A stretch of 62,347 nucleotides of DNA, counting the filler, from Chiloscyllium plagiosum (Eukaryota), in NCBI RefSeq assembly GCF_004010195.1. It is 4 parts of one record of this genome, joined end to end, with 100 filler letters (N's around TTAATTAATTAA, not from the genome) between each part and the next. Parts side by side here need not be neighbours in the genome. Positions count along the whole stretch, not along the records: positions 1 to 19,171 come from NC_057717.1; 3 more parts are not named here. One strand, 5' to 3'. Every line of letters begins with the position of its first letter. Within the stretch, counting starts at the first letter, position 1. The notes under the pieces are model-generated. The model did not search any database. It was not told the origin of the DNA and was given only the letters and a program-made list of their open reading frames with translations. Position numbers and translations under genes: made by a program. Positions 1 to 12,561 of the stretch are shown piece after piece.

Positions 1-270
1 TACTGATTTCCTTCAGTTCCTTCCTTTCTTTTTCTTCCCAGTAATTTAGGAATATTACTTGTGTCATCATTTGTGATGGCAGAACCAATATACATGTTTG
101 TTTGGTATGGGATATATTTATCCCACATTATAACGTCCTCTGTTTCTCATTGTAAGGGTTTTGTTTTCAATAATCGTTCTTTTTTTTCTCCCTTCATATG
201 CCTTCAGGAGCTTTAACAATTCATTATATGTTTCTCTGAAGCTTACATTTAAACGGAGTTTTTCGCTCTG
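1..270 (-). mobile_element. Degenerate CR1 LINE ORF2 fragment (duplicate of 30967-31250)
   Basis: Colinear with 30967-31250, whose minus-strand translation (ITNDDTSNIPKLL...KEISMT...LMRLK) resembles the CR1 ORF2 endonuclease-RT linker. Confidence 0.5.
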
Positions 271-289
271 CATTAATTCTTGGATCATT

Positions 290-1930
290 ATGTTGTCAAT
301 ATTTACGGGAAACTCCCGGGAAGGATGTCTTTATTTACAGGGAGGCGATCCCTAGAGTGTGTCAGTATTCACAGGGGAGTCCTAGGAAGTGTGTTGGTGT
401 TTTGACGAGATGTGAAAGGGAGTGTGTCAGGTTTCGCATGTTGAGTCCCGAGGAGTGGATCCGTATTTACAATGGGGTCCTGAGCAAGTCTCGGTATATG
501 CAGTGTGGTACCGTGGCATGTTTCAATATTGACAGCTGGGTCCCGTGTATTTACAGTGAGGTACCAGGGAGTGTGACAGTATTTAAAGAATGATCGCTAG
601 GCGTTTGTCAGTGTTTGCAGGGTTGTTCTGAGGTGTGTTTCAGTGTTGACGTGGTTGTCTCGGGAAGTTCTTCAGTATTTACAAGCCGTCCCACGGAGTG
701 TGTATCAGTGTTTATAGGCTGGACCTGAGGAATGTGTTGGTATTTACATGGGGGTCCTGGGGAGTTTTCAGTACATGCGGCGGGGTGGGGTGTTCCCAGC
801 CAGTATGTCAGTATTTACCGGGGGTTCTTGGGATTGTGTCAGTATTTACAGGAATGTTTTATTGGGTTGGGCGGTATTTATACCACGTTCCCAGAGAGTG
901 TGTCGGTATGTACAGGAGGTGTTCTGGGAGTTTGTCGGTAATTTCAAAGTTGGGGTCACGAACAGAATGTCGGTATTAACAGGAGGGGTTCTGGGGAGTG
1001 TGTTGTTATTTATAGCGAGGAATTTTGGGAGTGTGTTGGTATTTCCAAGTGGGGTTGTCATGAGCAGAAGATCGGTATTGACAGGTGGGTTCCAAGGGCG
1101 TTCATCAGTATTTACAGGGTGGGTCCAGCGAGTGTGTCAATATTTATAAGTGTTTCCCAGGGGGTGTGTCAGTATGCATGGGTGTGTCCCAGCGAAAGCG
1201 TCGGAATTTTCAGGGGCGAGTTCTGTAGAGTGTGTCAGTATTTTGAAAGCAGGGTCACAGGCTTAACGCCGGTAGTAAAGAAGGGGTTCTGGGGAATGTG
1301 TTGTTATTTACAGCGAGGTAGCCTGGTAGTCTGTTGGTATTTCCAGTGGGCTGTCATGGGCAGAACGTCGGTATCGACAGCGGAGTCCTGATGTATTTGT
1401 CAGTACTTACCGGGCTGTCCCGGTGAGTGCATCGTTATTATTGGGTTGGGTTTGGGCTCCTGAGGACTGCATCAGTGTGTTCAAATGCTGGGGCACTGAA
1501 AAAAAACATGGGTATTAGCAAGTGATTTCCAGTGAGTGTGTCGTTATTTACAAGGGGTACCCGACAGTATGTTGGTATTTCCGGGGGAAGAGTGTCACTA
1601 GAAAAAAGTGTTGACAGAGGCTGTCCACGGCTGTGTGCCAGTGCTTGCAGTGGTGGGTTCAGTAAGTGCGTCGTTATTTATAGTTTTTTCCCGGGTAGTG
1701 TGTCGGTGTTCAAGATGGTGCTTCCGGGGATTGTGCTGGCATTCACAACATGTCCCATGGAGTGTGTCAGTATTGACAGGGAGGATACCTTGCAGTGTGT
1801 CAGTATTCACAGGGGGTCCCAGGGATTGAACCAGTGTTTACAAGGGATCTGGAAACTGTTTTGCTGTTTACCGGGTGTTCTGGGAGGTTGTAAGTAATTA
1901 CAGTAATTTCCAGAAAGTTTGTCTGTATTT
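290..1930. repeat. Diverged ~32-bp satellite (consensus ~GTGTCAGTATTTACAGGGGGTCCCGGGAGT), truncated by a gap
   Basis: The gtgtcagtatttac core recurs every ~32 bp with strong G/T strand bias. The overlapping ORFs are repeat translations. Confidence 0.95.
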
Positions 1931-2430
1931 NNNNNNNNNNNNNNNNNNNNNNNNNNNNNNNNNNNNNNNNNNNNNNNNNNNNNNNNNNNNNNNNNNNNNN
2001 NNNNNNNNNNNNNNNNNNNNNNNNNNNNNNNNNNNNNNNNNNNNNNNNNNNNNNNNNNNNNNNNNNNNNNNNNNNNNNNNNNNNNNNNNNNNNNNNNNNN
2101 NNNNNNNNNNNNNNNNNNNNNNNNNNNNNNNNNNNNNNNNNNNNNNNNNNNNNNNNNNNNNNNNNNNNNNNNNNNNNNNNNNNNNNNNNNNNNNNNNNNN
2201 NNNNNNNNNNNNNNNNNNNNNNNNNNNNNNNNNNNNNNNNNNNNNNNNNNNNNNNNNNNNNNNNNNNNNNNNNNNNNNNNNNNNNNNNNNNNNNNNNNNN
2301 NNNNNNNNNNNNNNNNNNNNNNNNNNNNNNNNNNNNNNNNNNNNNNNNNNNNNNNNNNNNNNNNNNNNNNNNNNNNNNNNNNNNNNNNNNNNNNNNNNNN
2401 NNNNNNNNNNNNNNNNNNNNNNNNNNNNNN

Positions 2431-2900
2431 ATAGATCTCTGAAGCCTTTCCCCGTCACAAAATGGTCGAGGCCTCTAAACATTCCATCACTTTATGACCT
2501 CACTCATTTTCACACAGTGTTCTATCTGCAACATTTTTTATCAAAGCACTCAGTCCGTCCACGTCATTCTGCAGCCTGTCCGCCTCCTCAATATGATCTG
2601 TCCTTTCACCTGTCATTGTGTATTCTGCAAATGGACCAACAATTCTGGAAAACGTCCCCTTCACCCTATTGTCTGCCTTCCGCCTGTGAACCAAAACTCA
2701 AGCCATGCCAGTACTTTGCCCCTAATACCAGAGACTCTTATTTCGCAGCTTCCGATACTGCGCCTTGACAAATGCCTGCTGGAAATTCAAGCTGATCACA
2801 TTCACAGAATAGACGTTTTCTCACTTGCTCATTATCGCCTCATAAAATTCTTGAGAACCTATTCTGATGCTTCAAGTACTAAGTAAACCCATCCTTACAT
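2431..2900 (-). mobile_element. Highly degenerate CR1 RT fragment
   Basis: aaatgcctgctggaaattcaagctgatcacatt is the antisense of a CR1 D..LDFxKAF-like motif, and the flanks resemble other CR1 copies in the window. Confidence 0.5.
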
Positions 2901-3009
2901 TGACCTCTCATGCGTTATTAAATCCAAAATTGATGTGTTTGACATTTATCTAAAATACTAAAACTTTGCATTCAGTCCTGAATGTCATGAACAAAACAGT
3001 CCATTCGCA

Positions 3010-3904
3010 GTTGAGATATGTGAACTTGCGCTGTCTCAGCAGGCTCGATGAGAGAGTGAATTCCTTCCCCCAGTGGATCTCTCTGCTCTCTCAGCAGCGT
3101 CGATGAGTGAGCTAACGGTTTTTCTCAAATGAAGGAGGTAAATATGTTCTGCCCAGTGTAAACTCGCTGGTGTGCTGAGAGTTGAGATAATCGCCTAAAC
3201 GTAGTCCCACAATGAAAACGTTGAAAATGTCTCTCATCTTGTGAAAATATCGATGGAAGGTCAGTCCTGCAGAGACTGGGAGCACATCCCACTCATTATA
3301 TATTTCTCTCCTCAATTTGAAGACGTTCATGATAAAACGATCCCAAGGAACTTGTATAGTGATTTCCAAAGTCTGAGCATTGAAAAGGTCTCTTCTTTGT
3401 GAACACGTTGATGTTATGTCAGCCCCAGGAACATTTGCAGCACTTCCCACTCTGGGCGTTGAAAAGACCTGTTAATAATGTTGATGAGACTTCACGTCGC
3501 TCGGTCATTCGCAGCAAGTTCTACAGTTGTGGAATTGAAGATGTCTGTCCTCCGGGTGAGCACGTGGATCGGACGTCAGGTCCCCAGAAGTTTTAAAGGA
3601 CTTTCACTCGTGTGAGCACATTTCCCATGCATTAACTGCACAGAGGTCTGATAATATTTTCCAAAGTCTGGACAGATAAAGGGTTTGTCAGTAGTATGAG
3701 CATTGTGTTGGATAATCCAATCAACGGACGTTTTAAAGCATTTTTCGCAATCCAGACATTGAGATGATTTCTCCTCATTGTGATCGAGCAGGGGTCTATG
3801 ACTGCAGTTGTAGTTTGTGAGCTCTTATGATAGCAGAAGCCTTGTCCACACACACAACAAGTGAACGATTCTCTCCCACTGTAACCGGAACCTTTTCATT
3901 CCAT
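3010..3904 (-). pseudogene. C2H2 zinc-finger array pseudogene (shark-type ZNF exon)
   Basis: The minus strand from ATG 3904 reads ME*KGSGYSGRESFTCCVCGQGF, then CLDCEKCFKTSVDWIIQHNAHTTDKPFICPDFGKYY and RFHCGTTFRRLSQLSAHQRVYTGQ. Multiple stops, frameshifts and lost Cys/His ligands. Confidence 0.85.
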
Positions 3905-4349
3905 TTTCTATCTCTGATCAAGTTCTATTTGGGATAAAATACGCGATTTGATCAGATCATGGTGGAGTGATAGTTTTTTTCTTTAAATCTTCCCCTTCTA
4001 ATATGCTCCGAAATCGGTGTTGTATATTTTTAAAAATCAAGAGAATGAGAAAGAGTCTCTGACAGACTCTGGAATTTGCCTGAAGATAGGGATTGAAGTT
4101 AATGGGTTTAGACACCAACAATTTGACTGGAACTCTGCCAGAATCTTTCATAAACACACCCTCCACTACTGAGAAGGAGCAGATCAACAGATGGATGTGA
4201 ACACCATCAACTCCCTGTTCGGTCGAAGTCAAACACTGTCCGGAGTTGTCTGACATCCTATCCGTTGAAGCAGACATTTCCTCCAATTGAATCATGGAAA
4301 GCGAGGCCTCTATCTTCAATCCCCAACACAAATCCACTGCTTCACCAAT

Positions 4350-5370
4350 GGGTAGAGAGTGTGGTCTTGGCAAAGCACAGCAGGACAGCCAGCATCTGAG
4401 GAGCAGGGGAATCGATGTTTTAAGCAAGAGCCCATCATTTGAAACGAGGCTTGTGAGCCAAGGCGGTAGAGAGACAAATAGGAGGAGGCATGGTAGCTGA
4501 GAGTGTGATAGATGGGTTGAACTGGTGGTAATGGTGATAGGTCGGAGAGCAGGGTGGAGCGGATCGGCGAGAAGGAAGCTGGACTGATAGGAAAGATCAT
4601 GAGATCGGTGCCAACTTGGAACATAAGAACTGGGATGAGATGGGACGAGGGAAATGAGAAATATATAGAAGTCCACATTGGTTCCGTGTGGTTGGAAGGT
4701 CGCTTTGTGAAAGATGAGGCCTTCTTCCTCCTGGCGTCGGGTGGTAAAGGTGGAGCGATGGTGGATGCCCAGGACCTGCATGTACTTGTCTGAGTGGGAG
4801 GGAGAGTTGAAGTGTTCGGCCACAGGGCAGAAATGTCATTTGGTGTGGGTGCCCTGGAGATGTTCTCTAAAGCGCCCTGCAATTAGTCACTCTGTCTCCC
4901 AAATGTAGGGGAGACTGCATTGGGAGCAACGGATAGAGTAAATGGCATGTGTGGAAATGCAGGAAAATCTCTGATGGATGTGGAAGAATCCTTTGAGTCT
5001 TTGGACAGAGTTGAAGGTGGAGGTGTGGGTGGAATTTGCAATTCCTGTCATGGAATGGGAAGGTGCCTCGAGGGGAGGGTGGTTTGGTGGGTGACGTGTA
5101 CCTGACAAGGGAGTCACGGAGGGAATGATCTTCACAGAAAGCGGCTAGAGGCAGGGAGGGAAATACATCTCTGCTGATTGCGTCCGTTTGAAAATTGGGA
5201 AATGGCGGAGGATGATATGATGTCAAGGGAGTTTGGTGGGGTGGAAGGTGATGACCGAGGGTTTCTGCCTTTTTCATAGATGGAGGGGTGGGTCTTGAGT
5301 GCGGAGTTGCTGGAAATGGATGAGGTGCGCTGGAACGCAGAATCGGCCACATTGGTGGAGAAATTGCCTC
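4350..5370 (-). mobile_element. Penelope-like element (Neptune-type) 3' fragment: GIY-YIG endonuclease plus pLTR
   Basis: Translations QRFSCISTHAIYSIRCSQCSLPYIWETE and AEHFNSPSHS...RRQEEEGLIFHKATFQPHGTNVDF. It ends in the cagcatctgaggagcagg pLTR motif also seen in the short elements. Confidence 0.85.
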
Positions 5371-8173
5371 AACACTGACTCAATCTTCTCCTTGATAATT
5401 GTCAGAGTCTGAACCAGTTACGTCATCACTATGGAGACATACTTCACCTCATTAACATCATACAGCTCTTCGACATCTCTGCTCATCTGCAGCTCAAAAT
5501 CTTTTCCATCCCTTTGGACTAAACTATCGTAATGCACTTCCATCCGCCCTGTCACATTCCCTCTCTACTCTGGTCAAACTTCCTCTGCCTCTATTCACAC
5601 GTGTACTTGATCTTTGTTCAGTGTTTTATTGTAACTTATTTGAAAGAGGTTTTTAACCACTGCCCATTTTCCCAACCATGTGCTGCTGCCTTCGCAGCTT
5701 TATCTTTCCACAGGGGCTCTCACATGGTGGAAGGGAAGGGGTTGTCTGTTGTTCACCCAATGTTGCAATCCTGAGGTTTTTGAACAACTCTGCTGCACGT
5801 AGGAGTTTTCGCAACAGCGGTTCTTCACTGATCACTGCTCTGATACATCTCAAAATTTTCGTCATTTTATTCAAATTTTTAAACTGTCTCCGCTCAATCT
5901 ATCGTTGCAATGTCCTACAGCCCACTCAAGAACAATTAGAGATGGTCAATAAATGCCAACCCAGCCAGCGAACCACACCAAGATTTTATTTCTTTTAAAA
6001 AAAAACCTCTCAGATATCTACCTTCCCTCGAATTCCAACCTTTTGATCATGGTCAATTTTAATTGTTTCATGTCTGGCGCCCGGAATTCTCATGTATCAA
6101 GGCCATAAAGCATGAAATCTCTTCACTCAGGAGATCGCAGAATTCCGTTAGAAAAGTAGTGCCTCACCAAGTGATGTAGAAAATCTGTGATACGAGTTGA
6201 AATCAACGGCAGTAAATTGTATCAATCCTGCATCATGCCTTTCATATATGGAAACTTCAAAGCTTTTCCTCTGAAAGGAGTTTAAGCATTTTTTGTTTGC
6301 AGTCACATAACGAGATATTGGGAAGCTGACGAAGTGTTATAAGAAACAAGTGATCAAGCAAGGAGGATTCAAGCAGAAGTTTCAACCACAAAACTCTGGT
6401 TGCATCACAAACCTCGGGTAATGGAGTTTGTTCTACCCGAGGCCATCATTTTCTTGTCAGTATAAAAGCAAAACATTCGCGCATGGATCTGCAGCTCAGT
6501 GATTGGAGCTCTCGTCTTGTTTGCCAGTGGATATGAAAAGTCCCACTGGGGCCTTGCTGGCTTTTCTCACATATACTGCAACAAACATCTAAAAGTGCTT
6601 TCTCACTGTTATTCGGAATTATTTCTGATGAAAAAGCGTGAAGTCATTCTCTCCAGGGCTAATGTGTTTGAGTTTGGATTTCTACTTCTGTGTTTCTCCT
6701 TCGAGGAACATGAGGATAACAAGCAGCTGATGCGAAGAATGGTCCAGTTTGGCAGGAAGAATATTTTGACACAGTAGAAGCCGTAGAGCAATGGGGAAAC
6801 AGTGGGGGAGGAAAAGTACAGGGAAGCGGCTTAATGTTCGTTACGTAGCGACAAAACAACTATGGGAATCCAAAGAAAACACGCACGGGCTGGAAGAACA
6901 CCGGAAGTCAGGCTGCCTCAGGAGGTATACCGTCAGCATGTGTCAATACTTTATGGCTGGGCCTGTCCTCCAACGGCAGCCTGCTGCTGGTTTACCTCTT
7001 TGCTTACGTAAACAGACTCTGGTTTTAAAGGCTAAAGTGAAGGAAGAAGAAGCCAAATGGTTAAAAACATTGCAAAGGAAGCCACTGAGGTCCTGGTGGA
7101 TAAAGCCATGAGAAAAGGCAAGGCGGGGTTTCATGAGGTGGTGGAACCGACCAATAGATCACGTGGTGTGCAAAACTCAGTTGTGTCCACATGGAAGTTT
7201 TCCAGATGATGTGATTTGGTGAGAATAAACAGGAAGAAATTTCCCACAGGTGGATGAATCTATAACTAAAGTTTAGAACCTCAAAACCAGTGATGGATTA
7301 TAAAGAAAAAATTGGAGCACGGCTTGTTTTGTTTTCATTCTACAGTTATTGAAATCGGGAATGACTTTTTTCAGAGAAAAGTAGTTTCAATAGCTAATTC
7401 TAAAATATTTATAAAGGTGCGAACAGACACACAAAGAATGAATTTAAACGGGACAGAGAGTCTGCGCTGTAGGGATGGGATTGTGTTAAGTGCACACTCT
7501 CTAATTTGCTAAGGTTAATTGGAAAGAAATTGTATAACAACTACAATTGAGTACGACTAAGTGTGAAAATATCCGATTGTTAGGTTTTGCAGCTTGATCT
7601 AAGTCAAATTCTATAAATTCTGTAAGAACTGAACTGTTTGTGTTAACTTAAAATTTCAGGAAAGCTGGTTAGTTCAGTCCATTGCAAAACTGGTTACGAT
7701 ACAAAGTGAAACCAACAGTGTGGGATTAATTCTCGCAACGTCTCAGTTTAACATTCTGATCCTGATATCCCCACTCACCTAATCCATTAGACGATGGCGA
7801 GAATCAAAGGGAAATTATACCATAGTGAGTTTGTATTGATCTGTCGATATCACGCACCTTTTTGTTTTCATTTGCTGCCTTGAACATTTCGCTGCAATCA
7901 CAGAGAAGTCCATTGAGTCCATTTGCTGCACACTCATCTTCCTCGAAAATATCCAGTGACAACTCTCGAAACATATTCCTGTTTGAATTCTCTAAACTTC
8001 ACAGCAGTGATTTAAAATAACTTTATCATTTCGATTCGAGTTTTTCCAACATTCAAAATGTCCAATGAGATAAGCATCATTCTTTTTGCATTGCTTTAAT
8101 AACCGATATTGAGTACACAGCAAGTGCAACAATATAGAAAATGCCCCGTGTTCTTTCCACAGTATAACACAGT

Positions 8174-8316
8174 TGAAAAGTGTGGTGCTGGAAGAACGGA
8201 AGGGCTAATGCCCGAAACGCCGATTCTCCTGCTCCTCGGATACTGCCTGGCCTGCTGTGTTTTTCCAGCATCACACTTTTCAACTCTGATCTCCAGCATC
8301 TGCAGTCCTCACTTTC
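8174..8316 (+). mobile_element. Short PLE-pLTR-derived fold-back element with 18-bp TSD
   Basis: TSD tccacagtataacacagt at 8156-8173 and 8317-8334. Inverted repeat gttgaaaagtgtggtgctggaa / ttccagcatcacacttttcaac. Hammerhead stem II-GAAA remnant gggctaatgcccgaaac. Confidence 0.85.
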
Positions 8317-8639
8317 TCCACAGTATAACACAGTGCAGGATCAGCGTTATGAGAAAGAGAATCCATCTCATACGTCATCTGGGTATCTCTGTTGAGATAT
8401 GGATATTGTCCTGGGAGTATTTCTGACTGTTCGTAAGTAACTGAGGCATTTCCCAAGGACAGAAGACTCCGCAAAATCAGGAGTAAGATTTTTAGAGTAA
8501 AAACTGTTTTATTCAACGTAGTTTTGCAACGTTTAAGTACGTATGCAAGCACATACATGCATACATGCACGCACCCATTTATATTTATGTATGTGTGTAT
8601 GTGTGTAAATATGAGTGTTTATGTGTGTATAAGAATTGA

Positions 8640-11019
8640 GATGGTTGGGAAGCGAAGGTCAGGCAATTGAATGTTCTTCCTGTAGAATGCGGTAAGTAAG
8701 AGTCACCAATAGTGTCCCAGATATCTGCATCTGCAGGAACTGCACCCAGACCTCGTTCCTTGGAGAGTGTGTTCGGGAACTGATGCTAGACATTGGATCA
8801 TTCGGGAGACTGAGGAGATAATTGAGGTGAGTTATAGGCAGTCCGTAACACCTCAGGTACAAGAAAAAGGTCAATGGGTTTCAGTCGGGAAACGAAAAGG
8901 GAACTGCCAGACAGTGCATGCATCTCCTGCGGCCGTACTCCTCTGTTAAAAGGATACCGTTATTGATATTTTTGAGGGGGCGTGACTTAACAGGGGTTAA
9001 ACATGGGGTACAGGTCTCTCGCACAGAGATTGTCACTTTTGCTCAGAACGGTCGGGGACAGAGGAGGATACCATTATTTTTGGAGACTTCATAGTGAGGG
9101 GAATAGATTGCAGATTCAGTGGGTCTGGGACACACGTACGTTTGGTGTGTTGCCTCCCAGCTCACACACTTTCTGATGTCTCGCACCGTTTTTTATTGCT
9201 ATTCTTAAGAGGGAGGGGGAACAGTCCCAAGTCATGGTCCACATATGCACCAACAACCAACAACATAGATAAGAAAAGGCATGTGGATGTAAGGCAAAAA
9301 TTCAGGGAGCGAGAGTGACATCTTCGATCCAGATCTAACAGTTGTTCTCTCTGATTTGTTACCTCTGACACATCCTACAGAGATGAAGAATACAGACAGA
9401 GCTTTTGACAATGTGGCTACTGGGATGGTACAGGGGGAACGGATTCGGATACCTGGACAATTTTGTCTCTTTCTGGAGTAGGTGGTACCTTTACAAATAG
9501 GATGGTTTTCACCTGAACCACAGGAGAACCAATATCCTTCGGGGTTGGGGCGGGGATAATTTGCTAATGCTTTTTAAGAAACGAATTCAGCAGCAGAATG
9601 GGAACCTGAATTTTAGCTGAATTGGACACGAGGTTTTGAGTTGTGAGGACATAATTATGTTTTCAGGTTTGCAAGAGTGTACTGGCAAACATGAAGATGG
9701 TTTGAAGGGTGTTTACGTCAACGCCAGGAGCATCTGAAATAATGTAGGATAACTTACAGCATGGGTTGTTAACTGGGATTTCGAAGTTGTGGCCATTTCA
9801 GAGACATGAATAGAGCAGTGAAAGGACTGGGTGTTCCTGGGGCCATAGTCTCTATTTTTTCATTAAGAGCAAGCAAGGCGGTAAAAGAGGGTGAGGTATG
9901 GTATGATTAGCCAAGGAAAGTATTACGGTAGCAGAAAGGATATTTGATGAGCACTCTACAGAGTCTATTGAGCTAGAATGGTCCGATTTCAGACTCAGTA
10001 AAGGAGAGATCCCTGCGAATGGAGTTTTCAATAGCCCACTGAAATGTTCCAGAGATAGAGAGTAAACGATTGCAAAGATGATTCTGGATAGGAGCGAAAA
10101 TAACGGGGTAGTTGTTCTGGGGGACTTTAACTGTCCAAATATTGATTGGAAAATTTATAGTTTGAGTCAATCTGATTGGTGAATTTTTGTCCAATGTGTG
10201 CAGGAGGGTTTCCTCACACAGCATATAGACAGGCCAACAAAAAGCAAAGCCACATTGGATTTGGTACTGGGTAATGATGCAACCCATGTGTTCCATTTGG
10301 AGGGAAGTGAGCACTTTTGTGATAGAAACAGGTTTATATTGTAGGGTAAGAGATATTGCTGGGAGAAAGGTGATTAGGCAAGAGTTAGGATGCATAGGAT
10401 GGAAAAATTAGCTGCAGGTGTTGGGTACAACTGAAATCTGGAGCTTGCTCATGAGGAGCGACTGCGTGCCCTTGATAGGTATGTATACGTCATGCAGGGA
10501 ATATGTGGTCGTGTCAGGGAGCTGTGTCGACTGAAAATGTTGAATCTCGTGTCAAGAGGGGGAAGGAGGATGATGTAAAGATGAGATGTTCATGCTCAGA
10601 TCGGGTGCTTGAGAATTAGAAATGAGCCAGGAAGCATCTAAAGAGAGAGCTAAGTCGATCTAAGAGGGGACACGAGAAGTCTTTGGCTGGCAAGATGGAG
10701 GTAAACACTGAGCTTTTTGTTGGCATTTCCAGAACAAATGAATGACTGGCATACGATTGGAACCTGTCAGGAATCGTAGTGGGAGGTTGATCCGTGCAGT
10801 CCGAGGAAAGGTAGGGCGCTGAATGAATATTTTTCATCGGTGTCACAAATGAAAATAGAGAATGATGTCATGGAGAATATTGAGATGCAACCTATTGGAA
10901 TATACGAAATTGATGGTCATGGGTAGTTTGTTTGGGCAATTCTTGAAAATGTGAAAATATACCTGTCCCTTGGGCTTGATGGGATGTATCCTACGATTCT
11001 CTGGGAATCTTGGGTGGAG
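8640..11019 (+). mobile_element. CR1 LINE 5' part (ORF1 zinc finger + SGNH-esterase-like; ORF2 AP endonuclease), degenerate
   Basis: QAIECSSCRM and ICICRNCTQ; GDFIVRGIDCRF..LVCCLP; VVLGDFNCPNIDW; VQCVQEGFLTQHIDRPT. Many stops. Confidence 0.9.
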
Positions 11020-11031
11020 AGTGCTGTACTT

Positions 11032-12561
11032 CAAAGTTTGGGAGAAGATTTGTAGCTCGGGTGCTCGTTGTTGTGGTTCTGTTCTCCGAGCTGGGAAGTT
11101 TTGTTGCAAACGTTTCGTCCCCTGTCTAGGTGACATCCGCAGTGCTTGGTAGCCTCCAGTGAAGCGCTTCTGTGGTGTTTCCTCCTGTATTTATAGTGGC
11201 CTGTCCCTGCCGCTTCCGGATGTCAGTTTCAGCTGTCTGCTCTAGTGGCCGATATATTGGGTCCAGGTCAATGTGTTTGTTGATGGAGTTTGTGGATGAG
11301 TGCCATGCTTCTAGGAATTCCCTGGCTGTTCTTTGTTTGGCCTGCCCTATAATGGTAGTGTTGTCCCAGTCGAATTCATGTTGTTTGTCGTCTGCGTGTG
11401 TAGCTACTAGGGATAGCTGGTCATGTCGTTTCGTGGCTAGTTGATGTTCGTGGATGTGGATTGTTAGCTGTCTTCCTGTTTGTCCTATATAGGGTTTTGT
11501 GCAGTCCTGGCATGGGATTTTGTATACTACATTAGTTTTACTCATGCTGGGTATGGGGTCCTTCGTTTGGTGAGTTGTCTGAGTTGTTGTTTTGTGTGCT
11601 GTTATAAGTCCCAGTGGTCGCAGTAGTCTGGCTGTCAGTTCAGAGATGTTCTTGATGTATGGTAGTGTGGCTAGACCTTTGGGTTGCGGCATGTCCTCGT
11701 TCCGTTGTCTTTCTCCTAGGCATCTGTTGATGAAGTTGCGCTTGTATCCATTTTTGGTGAATACCTTGTATAGGTGTTCCTTTTCTTCTTTTTGCAGTTC
11801 TGGAGTGCTGCAGTGTGTTGTGGACCTTTTGAAAAATGTCTTGATGCAATTTCGTTTGTGTGTGTTGGGGTGGTTGCTTTCATAGTTCAGGAGCTGGTCT
11901 GTGTGTGTGGCTTTCCTGTATACCTTCGTTGTGAATTCTCCGTTCGGTATTCTCTGTACCATCACGCCTAGGAATGGGAGTTGGTTGTACTTTTCTTCCT
12001 CTCTCGTGAATCGGATTCCTGAGAGCGTAGCGTTGATGATCCGGTGTGTTTTCTCTATTTCTTGTTTTAATGATTACAAATATCGGTGAGCCCATGGGTG
12101 TTCCGTTGATTTGTTCGTCTATCTGGTTGTTGAATGTGAAGTGTGTTGTGAGGCACAAGTCCAGTAGTTTAAGTATGCCGTCTTTGTTGATAAGATCAAC
12201 GTTCTGTTTTCTGTTGTGTATGTCTGGCAGGTTGGCTGTTGTTTCTCTGGCTAGGGTTTTGTCAATAGAGGTGAACAGTGCCGTTACATCGAATGAGACA
12301 ATAGTTTCTTCCATGTCAATGTGTATATTTCTGATGGTGTCCAAGAATTCCTGTGTTCATTGTATAGAGTGCCTGGATCCGCTGATCAGGTGTTTCAGTT
12401 TCTGCTGTAGTTCTTTAGCCAGTTTATGTGATGGTGTCCCTGTTAGTGATACTATGGGTCTGAGTGGGATGTCTGGTTTGTGCACTTTGGGTAGTCCATA
12501 GAATCTAGGGGTGTTGTTGATTTCAGGTTTCACTCTTTGTAGCTCCGCCCTGGTTATCTGT
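11032..12561 (-). mobile_element. Penelope-like element (Poseidon-type), left arm of fold-back insertion: RT + GIY-YIG
   Basis: PRFYGLPKVHKP, VSFDVTALFTSI, GTPMGSP, VYRKATHTDQLLNYESNHP, NVVYKIPCQDCTKPYIGQTGR, REFLEAWHS. TSD agtgctgtactt at 11020-11031 and 13725-13736. Confidence 0.95.

Noticed and set aside
290..1930. Regularly spaced repeats as a CRISPR array
   Set aside because: The monomers are contiguous and diverged with no unique spacers, there are no cas genes, and the context is vertebrate.
1875..2768. Long ORFs containing X runs (also at 43256 and 58933)
   Set aside because: They are open only because they cross N gaps.
3957..4823. 288-aa ORF as a host gene
   Set aside because: It is a chimeric read-through of a PLE endonuclease C-terminus, pLTR and flanking DNA.
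5653..5874. ORF with LRCIR...EPLLRKL reminiscent of histone H3
   Set aside because: The similarity is limited to a few residues, with no DNA-level resemblance and no other histone motifs.
6412..6442. 9-bp stem hairpin cctcgggta/tacccgagg as a structured RNA or tRNA relic
   Set aside because: No cloverleaf or A/B boxes could be built, and such a hairpin is plausible by chance in 62 kb.
11126..11965. 279-aa ORF as an active Penelope protein
   Set aside because: It is N-terminally broken by frameshifts, has a small internal deletion, and this arm lacks the YADD segment.
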